This document shows positions 14,971-24,517 of a stretch of DNA of 52,363 nucleotides, in pieces. The notes under the pieces are model-generated. The model ran no database searches and was not told the origin of the DNA. It worked only from the letters and a program-made list of their open reading frames with translations. Both the position numbers and the translations under genes were made by a program. The DNA lies in NCBI GenBank assembly GCA_036743175.1, contig DAINQB010000010.1:1-52363 (forward strand), in the 5' to 3' direction. The stretch's first letter is position 1, and each line of letters starts with the position of its first letter. The stretch comes from Bacillota bacterium (GTDB lineage Bacteria > Bacillota > Clostridia > DUPQ01).

Positions 14971-16089
14971 ATGAAAGAACTTGATGAAAAAAGAAGTATG
15001 ATAAATTCACTGGATAGTGAACTGGCGGTATTGTTTGAAAAAAGGATGAATCTGGTCAGGGAAATAGGGATGCTGAAAGGTGATACCGGAACTGCAGTAT
15101 ATAATCCTGAGAGGGAACTGGCGGTAATAGACAATATCCTTGGGTCCATCAAAGATAATGGGCTATATCCGTATGCATCGGAATTTGCCAGGGATATGAT
15201 GGAGGTTTCGAAGAAATATCAGAAGGATCTTATCAAATCCAGGACAAAGGTCAGACACCTGAAGCTGGAAGAAGGGGGAGAGGCAGGTTATCAGGGAGCA
15301 GAGGGTTCCTATACCGAACAGGCCTTTGCCTGGATTTACGGAGAAGGTACCAAGGCCAGGGCCTATGGCCGGCTGGCTGATTTATTTGAAGCAATATCAT
15401 GCGGAGAATTGTCTGCAGGGGTGGTTCCCTTTGAGAATTCCTCGACCGGCGGTGTCAATGCAGTAACGGATATGATGAGGGATTACGACCTTTACATAAA
15501 GGCAGAAACCGAACTTCGCATTGAGCATTGTCTCCTGGGACAGAAAGGGAGCATGCTCAGGGATATAAAATATGTATATTCGCATCCACAGGCACTTGGA
15601 CAGTGTGCAGGTTTCTTCAGCGAAAATCCCGGACTTACAGAGTGTTCATATCAGAATACTGCATTCGCCGCAAGGGATGTAGCGGCATGGGGGAAAATTG
15701 AAAATGGTGCCATTGCGTCCAAAAGATGCGCCAGACTTTACGGCCTTGATATTGTAAGGGAAGGTATCCAGGACAATACGAAGAACAAGACCAGGTTCAT
15801 CGTAATCAGTGCCGATCCCACACCTGAGGATGATGCATCAAAGACCAGTATACTGTTTACTTCCAATCATACGCCGGGAGCACTGTATAAAATGCTGGAA
15901 CCATTCTATGAAAACAGTATAAACATCACAAGGATTGAATCAAGGCCAAATCCAAGAAGAAGCTTTGAGTATTATTTCTATCTTGATTTCAACGGCAGTG
16001 CCTATGATCAGAATATTGTGAAAGCATTGGAAAAAGCAAAGGAATCCTGCGGGTATTTCAGGATTCTCGGTTCCTACAGAATTATATGA
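14971..16089 (+). CDS. pheA: Chorismate mutase / prephenate dehydratase (P-protein, with ACT domain)
   Basis: N-terminal CM (RSMINSLDSEL..YNPERE); YQGAEGSYTE, PFENSSTG, SHPQALGQC, NKTRF; ACT domain with TRIESRP. Confidence 0.93.
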   Translation: MKELDEKRSMINSLDSELAVLFEKRMNLVREIGMLKGDTGTAVYNPERELAVIDNILGSIKDNGLYPYASEFARDMMEVSKKYQKDLIKSRTKVRHLKLEEGGEAGYQGAEGSYTEQAFAWIYGEGTKARAYGRLADLFEAISCGELSAGVVPFENSSTGGVNAVTDMMRDYDLYIKAETELRIEHCLLGQKGSMLRDIKYVYSHPQALGQCAGFFSENPGLTECSYQNTAFAARDVAAWGKIENGAIASKRCARLYGLDIVREGIQDNTKNKTRFIVISADPTPEDDASKTSILFTSNHTPGALYKMLEPFYENSINITRIESRPNPRRSFEYYFYLDFNGSAYDQNIVKALEKAKESCGYFRILGSYRII

Positions 16090-16096
16090 GGTTTAT

Positions 16097-16879
16097 ATGA
16101 AGCTGGGATTGATAGGTGCAAGACTGGGACACAGCTATTCACGAATAATACATGATATTTTTCATCAGCTTACAGGTCTTGAAAGTTCATATGATTTGAT
16201 TGAAATTCCTGAATCCAGGAATCTTGAACGAAGGGTCAGGGAACTCATGGAAGAAGGGTACGACGGACTCAATGTCACAATACCATATAAAGTCGATATA
16301 CTTCAAATGGCCGGATTTGTTTCTGAGGAGGCAGCTGGAATAGGTGCAGCAAACACAATTCTATATGAAAATGGCGTCATCAGGGCTTTCAACACCGATT
16401 ACTTTGGATTTGCCAAAACACTTGAAATAAGCGGGATTGACGTAAAAGGGAACAACTTCACCATACTTGGTTCAGGAGGGTCGTCAAGGAGTGTTTCCGC
16501 CGTACTTGAGGACATGGGTGCGGATGAGATAAAGATTGCAAGCAGAAGCCGTACAGGAAATGGATTTGTTGACTACAATCACATTGGAGAGGGCTACGGA
16601 CTTGTAAATACAACACCCGTCGGCATGTTCCCGGAAACAGACGGGTGTCCACTTGATGACAGGGCGATTGCCGGTTTTAAAGTTGTCATTGATATAATTT
16701 ATAATCCTTCAAGGACCCTGCTTCTTGAAAAAGCTGAGAGAAACGGAAGTATAACGGCAAACGGGATGATGATGCTTGTGGCACAGGCAGTCAAGGCACA
16801 GGAAATCTGGCGCAGTAGAACCTTCTCAAACGAATTGATAACAGAGATATACAAGCGTATGGAGGGTTATAATGTGTAG
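16097..16879 (+). CDS. aroE: Shikimate dehydrogenase
   Basis: LGHSYS, GLNVTIPYK, GAANT, NTDYFG, GSGGSS, NTTPVGM, DIIYNP, QAVKAQEIW. Confidence 0.94.
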   Translation: MKLGLIGARLGHSYSRIIHDIFHQLTGLESSYDLIEIPESRNLERRVRELMEEGYDGLNVTIPYKVDILQMAGFVSEEAAGIGAANTILYENGVIRAFNTDYFGFAKTLEISGIDVKGNNFTILGSGGSSRSVSAVLEDMGADEIKIASRSRTGNGFVDYNHIGEGYGLVNTTPVGMFPETDGCPLDDRAIAGFKVVIDIIYNPSRTLLLEKAERNGSITANGMMMLVAQAVKAQEIWRSRTFSNELITEIYKRMEGYNV

Positions 16880-17372
16880 GTTCATACTGATAGGAATGTC
16901 CGGATGCGGAAAAAGTACCATAGGCAGGGCTGTTGCAAGGAAAATGGGACTTCAATTCATTGACATTGATGAAGAGATTGAATCAAGGCATGGTAACATC
17001 ACAGATATATTCAAAACCCAGGGTGAACCTCGTTTCAGGGAAATTGAAAGCGCGGAATTTAAAAGAGCCCTGGAAAAGGATAATTCAATGATAGCAACAG
17101 GCGGTGGAATTCTTGGAAGCGAATATAACAGAAGACTTGCATCAAAGGGTACTGTGATATTCATTGACAGGAACATCGAAGGAATCAGGTCATCAATGGA
17201 TGAATCCAACAGGCCTATGCTGAACGGTAAGCCGGGAATGCTGGAAAAATTGTTCAATGACAGATATATGACTTACAAGGAAGCAATGGATTTCACTGTT
17301 GAAAACAATGGTACCGAAAAGGAATGCATAGAAGCCGTATGCGTGTTGGTTGACAAGGTGAGAAGGGGTTGA
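16872..17372 (+). CDS. aroK: Shikimate kinase
   Basis: GMSGCGKST P-loop, DIDEEIE, GEPRFREIE, ATGGG, RPML. Confidence 0.93.
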   Translation: MCRFILIGMSGCGKSTIGRAVARKMGLQFIDIDEEIESRHGNITDIFKTQGEPRFREIESAEFKRALEKDNSMIATGGGILGSEYNRRLASKGTVIFIDRNIEGIRSSMDESNRPMLNGKPGMLEKLFNDRYMTYKEAMDFTVENNGTEKECIEAVCVLVDKVRRG

Positions 17373-17376
17373 AGCA

Positions 17377-18507
17377 ATGGAAATACTTTTGATAGGAAGC
17401 GGCAACAGAGCGACGGCTTATGCCGTATATTTCAGAGAAAACATCAAATGGGTCTGCGACAAGGATGTCAAAAAACCACCTTTGCTGATTGAAGAATATA
17501 ATCTTTCAAATGCAACCGCCATAACTGACTTCAGGGATGCTGACGGTTATGATGCCATAATAATAGCAACTCCTGACCACACGCATCTTGAGATTATGGA
17601 GTGGGCTGTTGGAACGGGGAAACCTATTATGCTGGAAAAACCCGTTGAAGTGAGTACGGATGCCCTTGCAAGGCTTCACACAATAGCAGATGGGTATGAA
17701 CCCGGAATAGTCCTTGGTTTTGGTCTAAGATATACATTCATGTATGACAAGATCATGGAACTGCTTGGTAATGAAGCAATAGGCCCTGTTGTATCCATTG
17801 AAGCCGCTGAAACCCTTGGAGAGCTGCATGCCGCAAGATTTTTCAGAAGATGGCATCGTGACAGCAGACTGAGCGGTGGTATGCTGAATACAAAGTGCAG
17901 TCATGACATGGATATACTTAATATTGCAGTTGCCTCTCTTCCCGTAAAGATTTCTTCCTTTGGATCAAATATGCTTTTCAGGAGGGAAAGGGGACTGGAA
18001 AAATGCAGCAAAAAGTGCCCTGAATATGATACTTGCATATATGTTGATGAAACCGAGTATGTATTTTCATCAGTCGACACGTCAATATGCCCATATAACA
18101 TAGAGTCTGACCTGGTTGACCATCAGACTGTGAACATCTTGTATGAGAATGGTGTGACTGCTGTATTTACCTTATCCATGCATTCTTCAAAAGGCAACAG
18201 GACAATCAGGATACATGGTGAAAAGGGCTGTATAGAAGCAAGTTTCGAAAATCAGGAAGTTTATATGTCAATTAAAAACAGTGAACCGCAGGTATTTCGA
18301 CCGTTGGAAACCGGCGGTAGCCATGGAGGCGGTGACCAGGGTTTATGCAGCTTCTTCACTGATTGTTACAAATGTGGAAAATTTCCAAATCAGATTGGGG
18401 CAGGAATTCTTGCAAGTGCGGTTGCCTTTGCTGCTGATTTATCAAGACTGTCTGGTGAAACGGTTGATTTCACTGAAATTCTCAATTACATATATGGCAA
18501 AAAATGA
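17377..18507 (+). CDS. Gfo/Idh/MocA family NAD(P)-dependent oxidoreductase
   Basis: IGSGNRA dinucleotide-binding motif, IATPDHTH, MLEKP, KCSHDMD, HGGGD. Confidence 0.85.
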   Translation: MEILLIGSGNRATAYAVYFRENIKWVCDKDVKKPPLLIEEYNLSNATAITDFRDADGYDAIIIATPDHTHLEIMEWAVGTGKPIMLEKPVEVSTDALARLHTIADGYEPGIVLGFGLRYTFMYDKIMELLGNEAIGPVVSIEAAETLGELHAARFFRRWHRDSRLSGGMLNTKCSHDMDILNIAVASLPVKISSFGSNMLFRRERGLEKCSKKCPEYDTCIYVDETEYVFSSVDTSICPYNIESDLVDHQTVNILYENGVTAVFTLSMHSSKGNRTIRIHGEKGCIEASFENQEVYMSIKNSEPQVFRPLETGGSHGGGDQGLCSFFTDCYKCGKFPNQIGAGILASAVAFAADLSRLSGETVDFTEILNYIYGKK

Positions 18508-18548
18508 TATAATATCCGGGAATGCTGGATGTAATCGGGAGTCTTTAT

Positions 18549-19604
18549 ATGAAGAAAACAAGAATAGCGATAATAGGGACCGGTAATATTAGTCTATACC
18601 ATCTGAAGACATATAAAAAACTTGGTGATGTTGAAGTAGTCGGGGTATGCGACATAAATTATGAAAGAGCCCTTGAATTCTGCAGGGTAAATGACATACC
18701 CATGGCTTTTGACAATCATATTGACATGCTTGAAAGCATCAAACCCGATGCTGTCAGTGTCTGCACATGGAATGACAGCCACGCAAGGATTTCAATTGAT
18801 GCCATGAATGCCGGAGCCCATGTTCTTTGTGAAAAACCTCTTGCCATGAATGCTATGGAAGCAATGGAGATGAAGAAGGTATCTGAAGAAACCGGCAGAT
18901 TACTGATGGTGGGTTTTGTGAGAAGATTTGCCCAGGGAACCGAAATAATAAAAGACTTCATAGACAATGGCAGACTTGGTGAAATTTATTACGCGAAGAC
19001 AGGATGCATTAGAAGATGCGGAAATCCTACGGGTTGGTTTGCGGATAAAAGCAAATCAGGAGGTGGTCCGCTCATTGACCTCGGAGTACACATGATTGAC
19101 CTTTGCAGATACCTGATGGGGAAACCGAAGACCGCAGGTGTTTACGGTGTTACCTTTGATAAACTCGGTCCCCGGAATGATGTAAAAATGCTAAACCGTT
19201 ACAGGGCTGCGGATCCCGGTACTGTCTGTGATGTAGAGGATTCTGCGGCTGCATTGATAAAATTCAGTAATGGTTCCGCACTTTCAGTGGATGTCAGCTT
19301 CACACTGCATACCGCTGAGGAAAAGATACATTGCGAATTGTTCGGAACAAAAGCCGGTGCCACTGTAATACCCGAAATAAAGATAGCGGGTTCTGATGAA
19401 GGATATAATACTGATATGACTCCTGTTTATTCAAAGGAGTCAAACGAGTTTGAATCCATGTTTGCAAGGGAAATCAGCCATTTCATTGACTGTATCAACG
19501 GACGGAGCCAATGTATAAGTCCTGTTGAAGACGGAGTGGAACTCATGAGGATTCTGGATGCTGTCTATGAAAGTGCTTCAACCGGCAGGGAAGTAAGACT
19601 TTGA
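18549..19604 (+). CDS. Gfo/Idh/MocA family oxidoreductase
   Basis: IIGTGNIS, VCTWNDSH, LCEKPLA, GGGPLIDLGVHMID. ATG 18549 follows GGGAG; the ORF track extends it to 18522. Confidence 0.88.
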   Translation: MKKTRIAIIGTGNISLYHLKTYKKLGDVEVVGVCDINYERALEFCRVNDIPMAFDNHIDMLESIKPDAVSVCTWNDSHARISIDAMNAGAHVLCEKPLAMNAMEAMEMKKVSEETGRLLMVGFVRRFAQGTEIIKDFIDNGRLGEIYYAKTGCIRRCGNPTGWFADKSKSGGGPLIDLGVHMIDLCRYLMGKPKTAGVYGVTFDKLGPRNDVKMLNRYRAADPGTVCDVEDSAAALIKFSNGSALSVDVSFTLHTAEEKIHCELFGTKAGATVIPEIKIAGSDEGYNTDMTPVYSKESNEFESMFAREISHFIDCINGRSQCISPVEDGVELMRILDAVYESASTGREVRL

Positions 19605-19645
19605 AACCGTATTATGCGGTTAACATAAATTAAGAGGAGACAAGA

Positions 19646-20917
19646 ATGAAGAAAACCATTTTATCACTGAACTGCGGAAGTTCATCGCTTAAGTACAATC
19701 TGTTTGAAGTCAGGGAAAACAATACGGTTGAGCCTATAATCGGCGGTATTGCGGAGGAAATCGGAAACATCGAACGCAGCACAATGAAGTTCGAAATGAA
19801 CGGCAGCAAAACCAAATATGAAATAAAGCTGCCCGATCATGAGGATGCGCTTGTTGAGATGTTCAGTATATTTGAGAAACAGAATGTTCCAAAGGAAACC
19901 ATCATAGCGATCGGCCACAGGGTTGTCCATGGAGGAGCCAGCTATAATTCCAGTGTTCTGCTCACAGACGAAGTCATTGCTGAAATCAAAAGGCTTTCAC
20001 CAATAGCACCTCTTCATAATCCACAGAATGTCAAGGGAATACTCGTGGCAGAAAAACTTCTTCCGGGAGTTCCCAATGTAGCTGTATTTGATACGGCCTT
20101 CCATGCCACTATTCCCGAATATGCATATAAATATGCTCTTCCTGATGAGTGGTTCACTGAATATATGGTGAGGCGCTATGGATTCCATGGGACAAGCCAT
20201 CTGTATGTTTCCAGAAGGGCTGCTGCCATACTTGGCATGAAACATGATGAAATCAACTGCGTTACAGCACATATGGGCAATGGTTCCAGCCTTACAAAGG
20301 TGGTTGGCGGAAAAAGCATGGATACCAGTATGGGATTCACCCCGCTTGAAGGCGTCATCATGGGAACCAGGAGCGGGGACATAGACCCTGCGATCATAGG
20401 ACATGTTGCACACCTGAAGGCGGATGAAAAGAATATGGACCTTGGAGCTGCATATGATGAAGTGATGCGGATGCTCAACAAAGAAAGCGGCCTCAAGGGT
20501 ATAAGCGGTACAAACCTCATGCAGGATATAAGGGCAAAAGCACTTGAAGGAGATGCTGAAAGTGATCGTATTGTAGACATCTATGCTTACAGACTTGCAA
20601 AATATATTGGAAGTTATATGGGTACAACAGAATACTGTGATGCCATTATTTTCACTGCAGGAGTGGGTGAAAATGAATGGTATGTAAGGGAAAAAGTCCT
20701 TGGTATGCTGAAAAGCTGCGATTTCAAGATTGACAAGGAAGCAAACAGGGTTCGCGGTGAGGAAATTGTGATTGCAGAAGGAACCTTCAGCGGCCGTAAG
20801 GTGAAGGCAATGGTGATACCCACGGACGAAGAAATTGTAATTGCATACGATACCCTTTTCATCGGAGCACTGGGACTTGAAGCTCCCGAGAATTATCCCT
20901 TTGAAGAGGTAGACTGA
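19646..20917 (+). CDS. ackA: Acetate kinase
   Basis: LNCGSSSLKY, GHRVVHGG, APLHNP, FDTAFH, RRYGFHGTSH, MDTSMGFTPLEG, FTAGVGEN, PTDEE. Confidence 0.95.
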   Translation: MKKTILSLNCGSSSLKYNLFEVRENNTVEPIIGGIAEEIGNIERSTMKFEMNGSKTKYEIKLPDHEDALVEMFSIFEKQNVPKETIIAIGHRVVHGGASYNSSVLLTDEVIAEIKRLSPIAPLHNPQNVKGILVAEKLLPGVPNVAVFDTAFHATIPEYAYKYALPDEWFTEYMVRRYGFHGTSHLYVSRRAAAILGMKHDEINCVTAHMGNGSSLTKVVGGKSMDTSMGFTPLEGVIMGTRSGDIDPAIIGHVAHLKADEKNMDLGAAYDEVMRMLNKESGLKGISGTNLMQDIRAKALEGDAESDRIVDIYAYRLAKYIGSYMGTTEYCDAIIFTAGVGENEWYVREKVLGMLKSCDFKIDKEANRVRGEEIVIAEGTFSGRKVKAMVIPTDEEIVIAYDTLFIGALGLEAPENYPFEEVD

Positions 20918-20919
20918 CA

Positions 20920-22107
20920 ATGGCATATGGCCTGGCCCTGGTCATTATAACCGGTCTGACAGCCAACTGGCTTTTTGAAAAGATGAAGCTCCCGGGTCTT
21001 CTTGGGATGCTTCTGACAGGCATCATCCTTGGTCCATGGTGCCTGGACCTTCTGTCCGATGAGTTTCTTGTGATTTCAGATGATTTCAGGAAAATCGCCC
21101 TGATCATCATTCTCCTGAGGGCGGGTCTTGGGCTTAGGAAGGATGTTCTTAAAAAAGTCGGGGGCGCTGCACTCAGGCTCAGTATGATACCATGTCTGCT
21201 TGAGGGTGGAATGATAATGGTCATGTCCATTATATTGCTCGATTTCAGTATTGCAGAGGCGGGGATGCTTGGATTTATGATTGCAGCTGTTTCGCCTGCT
21301 GTCGTTGTACCTGCCATGCTGGAGTATCAGTCAAAGGGAATAGGTGGAGAAAAAGGCATACCTACCATGATCCTGGCCGGAGCCTCCGTTGACGATATAT
21401 TTGCAATTACGATTTTCTCTGCTTTCCTTGGAATATATGCAGGAAATAAAATAAACATATTTTCAATGATAGGTTCCACCGGTTTGTCAATTGTACTTGG
21501 TATAATTCTGGGAGCAGCGACAGGATTCATTCTTACCGTCATATTCCGTAAGATGGAAATCAGGGATACAAAGAAGGTACTGCTTATCCTGGGAGTTGCC
21601 ATAGCAATGACTGCAGCTGAGGACATGCTTTCATCAATGGTGAGGATATCATCTCTCCTTGGTATCATGACCGTAGGTTTCATTCTGCTTGAAAAACTTC
21701 CTGCTGTGTCTGAAAGGCTGGCCTTGAAATTCGGAAAGATATGGATATTTGCGGAAATACTGCTGTTTGTCTTGATTGGAGCTAAGGTTGACATCGGTGT
21801 TTTGTTCAAATCAGGAATCAAAGGGCTTCTGATCATTGCCATCGGTTTGTTGCTTCGCGCAGCAGGTGTGCTGATATCACTTGCCGGGACAAATCTGTTA
21901 ATGAGGGAGAGATTGTTCTGTATCATAGCCTATATACCGAAGGCCACTGTCCAGGCAGCTATAGGTGCTGTACCCCTGGCACTTGGAGTTAAAGGAGGGG
22001 AAATCATCCTTGCAATTGCGGTTTTGTCCATAGCAATTACTGCTCCTCTGGGAGCCATTGGCATTAGAACAGGAGCGCGGAGGCTGCCGGAACCGGGAAA
22101 AGTATGA
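20920..22107 (+). CDS. Cation:proton antiporter (CPA1/NhaA-like, NHA/SLC9B type)
   Basis: Many TM helices; ALIIILLRAGL, AVSPAVVVP, ASVDDI, PKATVQAAIG. Confidence 0.85.
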   Translation: MAYGLALVIITGLTANWLFEKMKLPGLLGMLLTGIILGPWCLDLLSDEFLVISDDFRKIALIIILLRAGLGLRKDVLKKVGGAALRLSMIPCLLEGGMIMVMSIILLDFSIAEAGMLGFMIAAVSPAVVVPAMLEYQSKGIGGEKGIPTMILAGASVDDIFAITIFSAFLGIYAGNKINIFSMIGSTGLSIVLGIILGAATGFILTVIFRKMEIRDTKKVLLILGVAIAMTAAEDMLSSMVRISSLLGIMTVGFILLEKLPAVSERLALKFGKIWIFAEILLFVLIGAKVDIGVLFKSGIKGLLIIAIGLLLRAAGVLISLAGTNLLMRERLFCIIAYIPKATVQAAIGAVPLALGVKGGEIILAIAVLSIAITAPLGAIGIRTGARRLPEPGKV

Positions 22108-22123
22108 AATATTCGTCAGCTAC

Positions 22124-22152
22124 TTGCAAACATGCCTTGCATTTGCTATAAT
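22124..22152 (+). promoter_or_regulatory. Sigma-A promoter of the rimP-nusA-infB operon
   Basis: TTGCAA (22124-22129), 17-nt spacer, TGn-TATAAT (22147-22152). Confidence 0.85.
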
Positions 22153-22179
22153 TCAATGGCTAGATTATTGAAGTTACTG

Positions 22180-22206
22180 AGAGTGGGTTGTCCCACTCTT
22201 TGTTAC
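22180..22206 (+). promoter_or_regulatory. rimP leader hairpin (weak terminator/attenuator-like)
   Basis: AGAGTGGG-TTGT-CCCACTCT followed by TTGTT, between promoter and RBS. Confidence 0.6.
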
Positions 22207-22222
22207 TGTAAGAGGAGGATAT

Positions 22223-22681
22223 ATGGCTCAGAAGATAGACAGGGCTGTCAGTGAGCTCATAAAAGGCCCGGTAATGGAGAAGGGTTATGAACTTGCTGAT
22301 GTGGAGTTCAGGAAGGAACCTGACGGAATGTACCTCAGGATTTACATCTATTCCAGACAGGGTATCGGAATAGATGATTGTGTGGCCGTCCACAGGATAA
22401 TAGAACCCCTGATTGATGATAACATTGATATCCAGGGCTCATACACCCTTGAGGTCTCTTCACCGGGATATGACAGGAAATTCAAGAATGAAGAGGATTT
22501 CAAAAGGTACATGGGAGAGACAGTGGAAGTAAGACTTTATAAGTCCAATGAAAAAGGAAAGATCTTCAGCGGTATTCTTTCAGGATACGGCGAAGGAAAT
22601 ATTGAAATTGTAGTTGATGATGAAACGTTGCGGTTTTTGGAAAAGGATGTTGCATCGGTCAAGAGAAAGTTTGTAGATTAA
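22223..22681 (+). CDS. rimP: Ribosome maturation factor RimP
   Basis: GYELADVEF, GIGIDDC, YTLEVSSPGYDR; first gene of the nusA operon. Confidence 0.95.
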   Translation: MAQKIDRAVSELIKGPVMEKGYELADVEFRKEPDGMYLRIYIYSRQGIGIDDCVAVHRIIEPLIDDNIDIQGSYTLEVSSPGYDRKFKNEEDFKRYMGETVEVRLYKSNEKGKIFSGILSGYGEGNIEIVVDDETLRFLEKDVASVKRKFVD

Positions 22682-22696
22682 AAAAGGAGGAGCAAT

Positions 22697-23917
22697 ATGG
22701 CTTCAGAGTTGATGGATGCCATCAGGCAGATTGAAAGAGAAAGAGGAATAGACTCGGAACTTCTTGTGGAAGCCCTTGAGAAAGCCCTTGAATCAGCATA
22801 TAAGAAAAACAGTGGTGTAGCTTTCGATGTTAATGTTGAACTCAACAGGGAAACCGGTGAAATAAATGTAATGCGTATAAAGACCGTGGTTGAGGAAGTG
22901 ATGGATGAGGACACTGAAATCTCCCTCAAGGATGCGCTGGAGTATGCGGATGTGGAAGTAGGAGATGAACTTCAGTTTGAGGAGTTCATGGATCCCCATT
23001 CTTTTGGAAGGATTGCCGCCCAGACTGCAAAACAGGTCATCATGCAAAAGATAAGGGAAGCTGAAAGAGAGAAGTTATATGACATATATGACAACAAACT
23101 CAAGGATATCGTCGCAGGTGTCATAAGGAGAATTGAGAAGGATACGGTTTACCTTGACCTTGGCAATACTGAAGCCCTCATGCCTCACAGGGAACAGGTT
23201 GGCAGCGAGCATTACTCAGTGGGTTCCAGGTTAAAGGTTTACGTAACTGAAGTGAAGAAAACAAACAAAGGTCCAAGAATATTCGTTTCAAGAACACATC
23301 CCGACCTTGTTAAGAGGCTTTTTGAACTTGAAGTACCTGAAATCCAGAATGGTATTGTCGAGATAAAATCAATCGCCAGGGAACCGGGCTCAAGGACAAA
23401 GATAGGTGTATTCTCCAATGATCCCAACGTTGATGCTTCCGGAGCTTGTATCGGCCACAGAGGAATCAGGGTAACTGCTGTTGTTGATGAGCTCAGGGGA
23501 GAAAAGATTGATATTGTAGAATGGAGCCAGAATCCTGCAACATTCATATCCAACAGTCTCAGCCCTGCTGATGTTATCAGGGTTGATATATTTGAACCCC
23601 TTGATGAAAACAGCGAAGAGGAAAACAAAGCAAGGGTAACGGTCCCGGACAACCAGTTGTCACTGGCCATCGGAAAGAACGGACAGAATGCAAGGCTTGG
23701 AGCAAGGCTCACAGGCTGGAAGATAGATATTATACCTGAATCCCAGCTCAGGGGTATAATAGAGGATGAGTTGCTGCATGTAAACGAAGAGAGTGAACCT
23801 GAAGCAGCAAATCCACTGGACGCCCTTTTTATGGAAGAAAGTGAATCTGCGGGGAACACGGAAATTGATGATGTTTCCACTGAACCGGCTGAAGATGAAG
23901 AGCCGGCTGAGGAATAG
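22697..23917 (+). CDS. nusA: Transcription termination/antitermination factor NusA
   Basis: FGRIAAQTAKQVIMQ, S1 domain, AREPGSRTKI, AIGKNGQNARL, acidic tail. Confidence 0.97.
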   Translation: MASELMDAIRQIERERGIDSELLVEALEKALESAYKKNSGVAFDVNVELNRETGEINVMRIKTVVEEVMDEDTEISLKDALEYADVEVGDELQFEEFMDPHSFGRIAAQTAKQVIMQKIREAEREKLYDIYDNKLKDIVAGVIRRIEKDTVYLDLGNTEALMPHREQVGSEHYSVGSRLKVYVTEVKKTNKGPRIFVSRTHPDLVKRLFELEVPEIQNGIVEIKSIAREPGSRTKIGVFSNDPNVDASGACIGHRGIRVTAVVDELRGEKIDIVEWSQNPATFISNSLSPADVIRVDIFEPLDENSEEENKARVTVPDNQLSLAIGKNGQNARLGARLTGWKIDIIPESQLRGIIEDELLHVNEESEPEAANPLDALFMEESESAGNTEIDDVSTEPAEDEEPAEE

Positions 23918-23946
23918 GATAAAATAATATAGTTGAAGGTGTTGGC

Positions 23947-24204
23947 TTGAAGAAAAAAGAACCCATGAGAATGTGCATAGTCTGCCGTCAGATGAACCCA
24001 AAGAAATCTCTTGTCAGGGTAGTGAGGTCGGCAGATGGAGTTGTAAGTGTGGATCCAACGGGAAAACTGTCGGGAAAAGGAGCATATCTGTGCAGGAACG
24101 CAGAGTGCATTGAAAAGGCAGTAAAAACGGGGGCAATCCGCAGGGCATTGGATGCCGAAGCATCAGCATCTGTATATGAGGAACTTCAGGGTTATGCAAA
24201 ATGA
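23947..24204 (+). CDS. ylxR: YlxR/RnpM (DUF448) RNA-binding protein
   Basis: PMRMCIVCR, VDPTGKLSGKGAYLC; TTG start; conserved position after nusA. Confidence 0.9.
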   Translation: MKKKEPMRMCIVCRQMNPKKSLVRVVRSADGVVSVDPTGKLSGKGAYLCRNAECIEKAVKTGAIRRALDAEASASVYEELQGYAK

Positions 24205-24514
24205 TGACAGGGGTTTTTATTCAGCAATAGGATTGGCAAGAAAAGCAGGAAAGATAGTTGCCGGTACCGTTGCTGTGACACAGGCTGTTGGGAGACGGAA
24301 GGTAAGACTTGTTATTGTAACTGAAGACTTAGGAACCAACACCCTGAATAAAATAAAGGCTGCATGCAATGAAACCGGTGCTGAACTGATATCATATGGC
24401 AGCAGTGAGATGCTTGGAAATGCAATCGGAAGAGAGAGTATTAAGATTATCGGAATTATTGACAGAAACTTTATTAAACTGATTCTGTCAAAGATGCAGA
24501 TTGAATGGAGATAA
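24194..24514 (+). CDS. ylxQ: L7Ae/YlxQ family RNA-binding protein
   Basis: IGLARKAGKIVAG, LGNAIG; conserved position between ylxR and infB. ATG 24194 chosen instead of 24152. Confidence 0.88.
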   Translation: MQNDDRGFYSAIGLARKAGKIVAGTVAVTQAVGRRKVRLVIVTEDLGTNTLNKIKAACNETGAELISYGSSEMLGNAIGRESIKIIGIIDRNFIKLILSKMQIEWR

Positions 24515-24517
24515 TAG

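Noticed and set aside
19646-20917. PPi-dependent (Entamoeba-type) acetate kinase
   Set aside because: The adenosine-binding segment FTAGVGEN is the canonical ATP-type.
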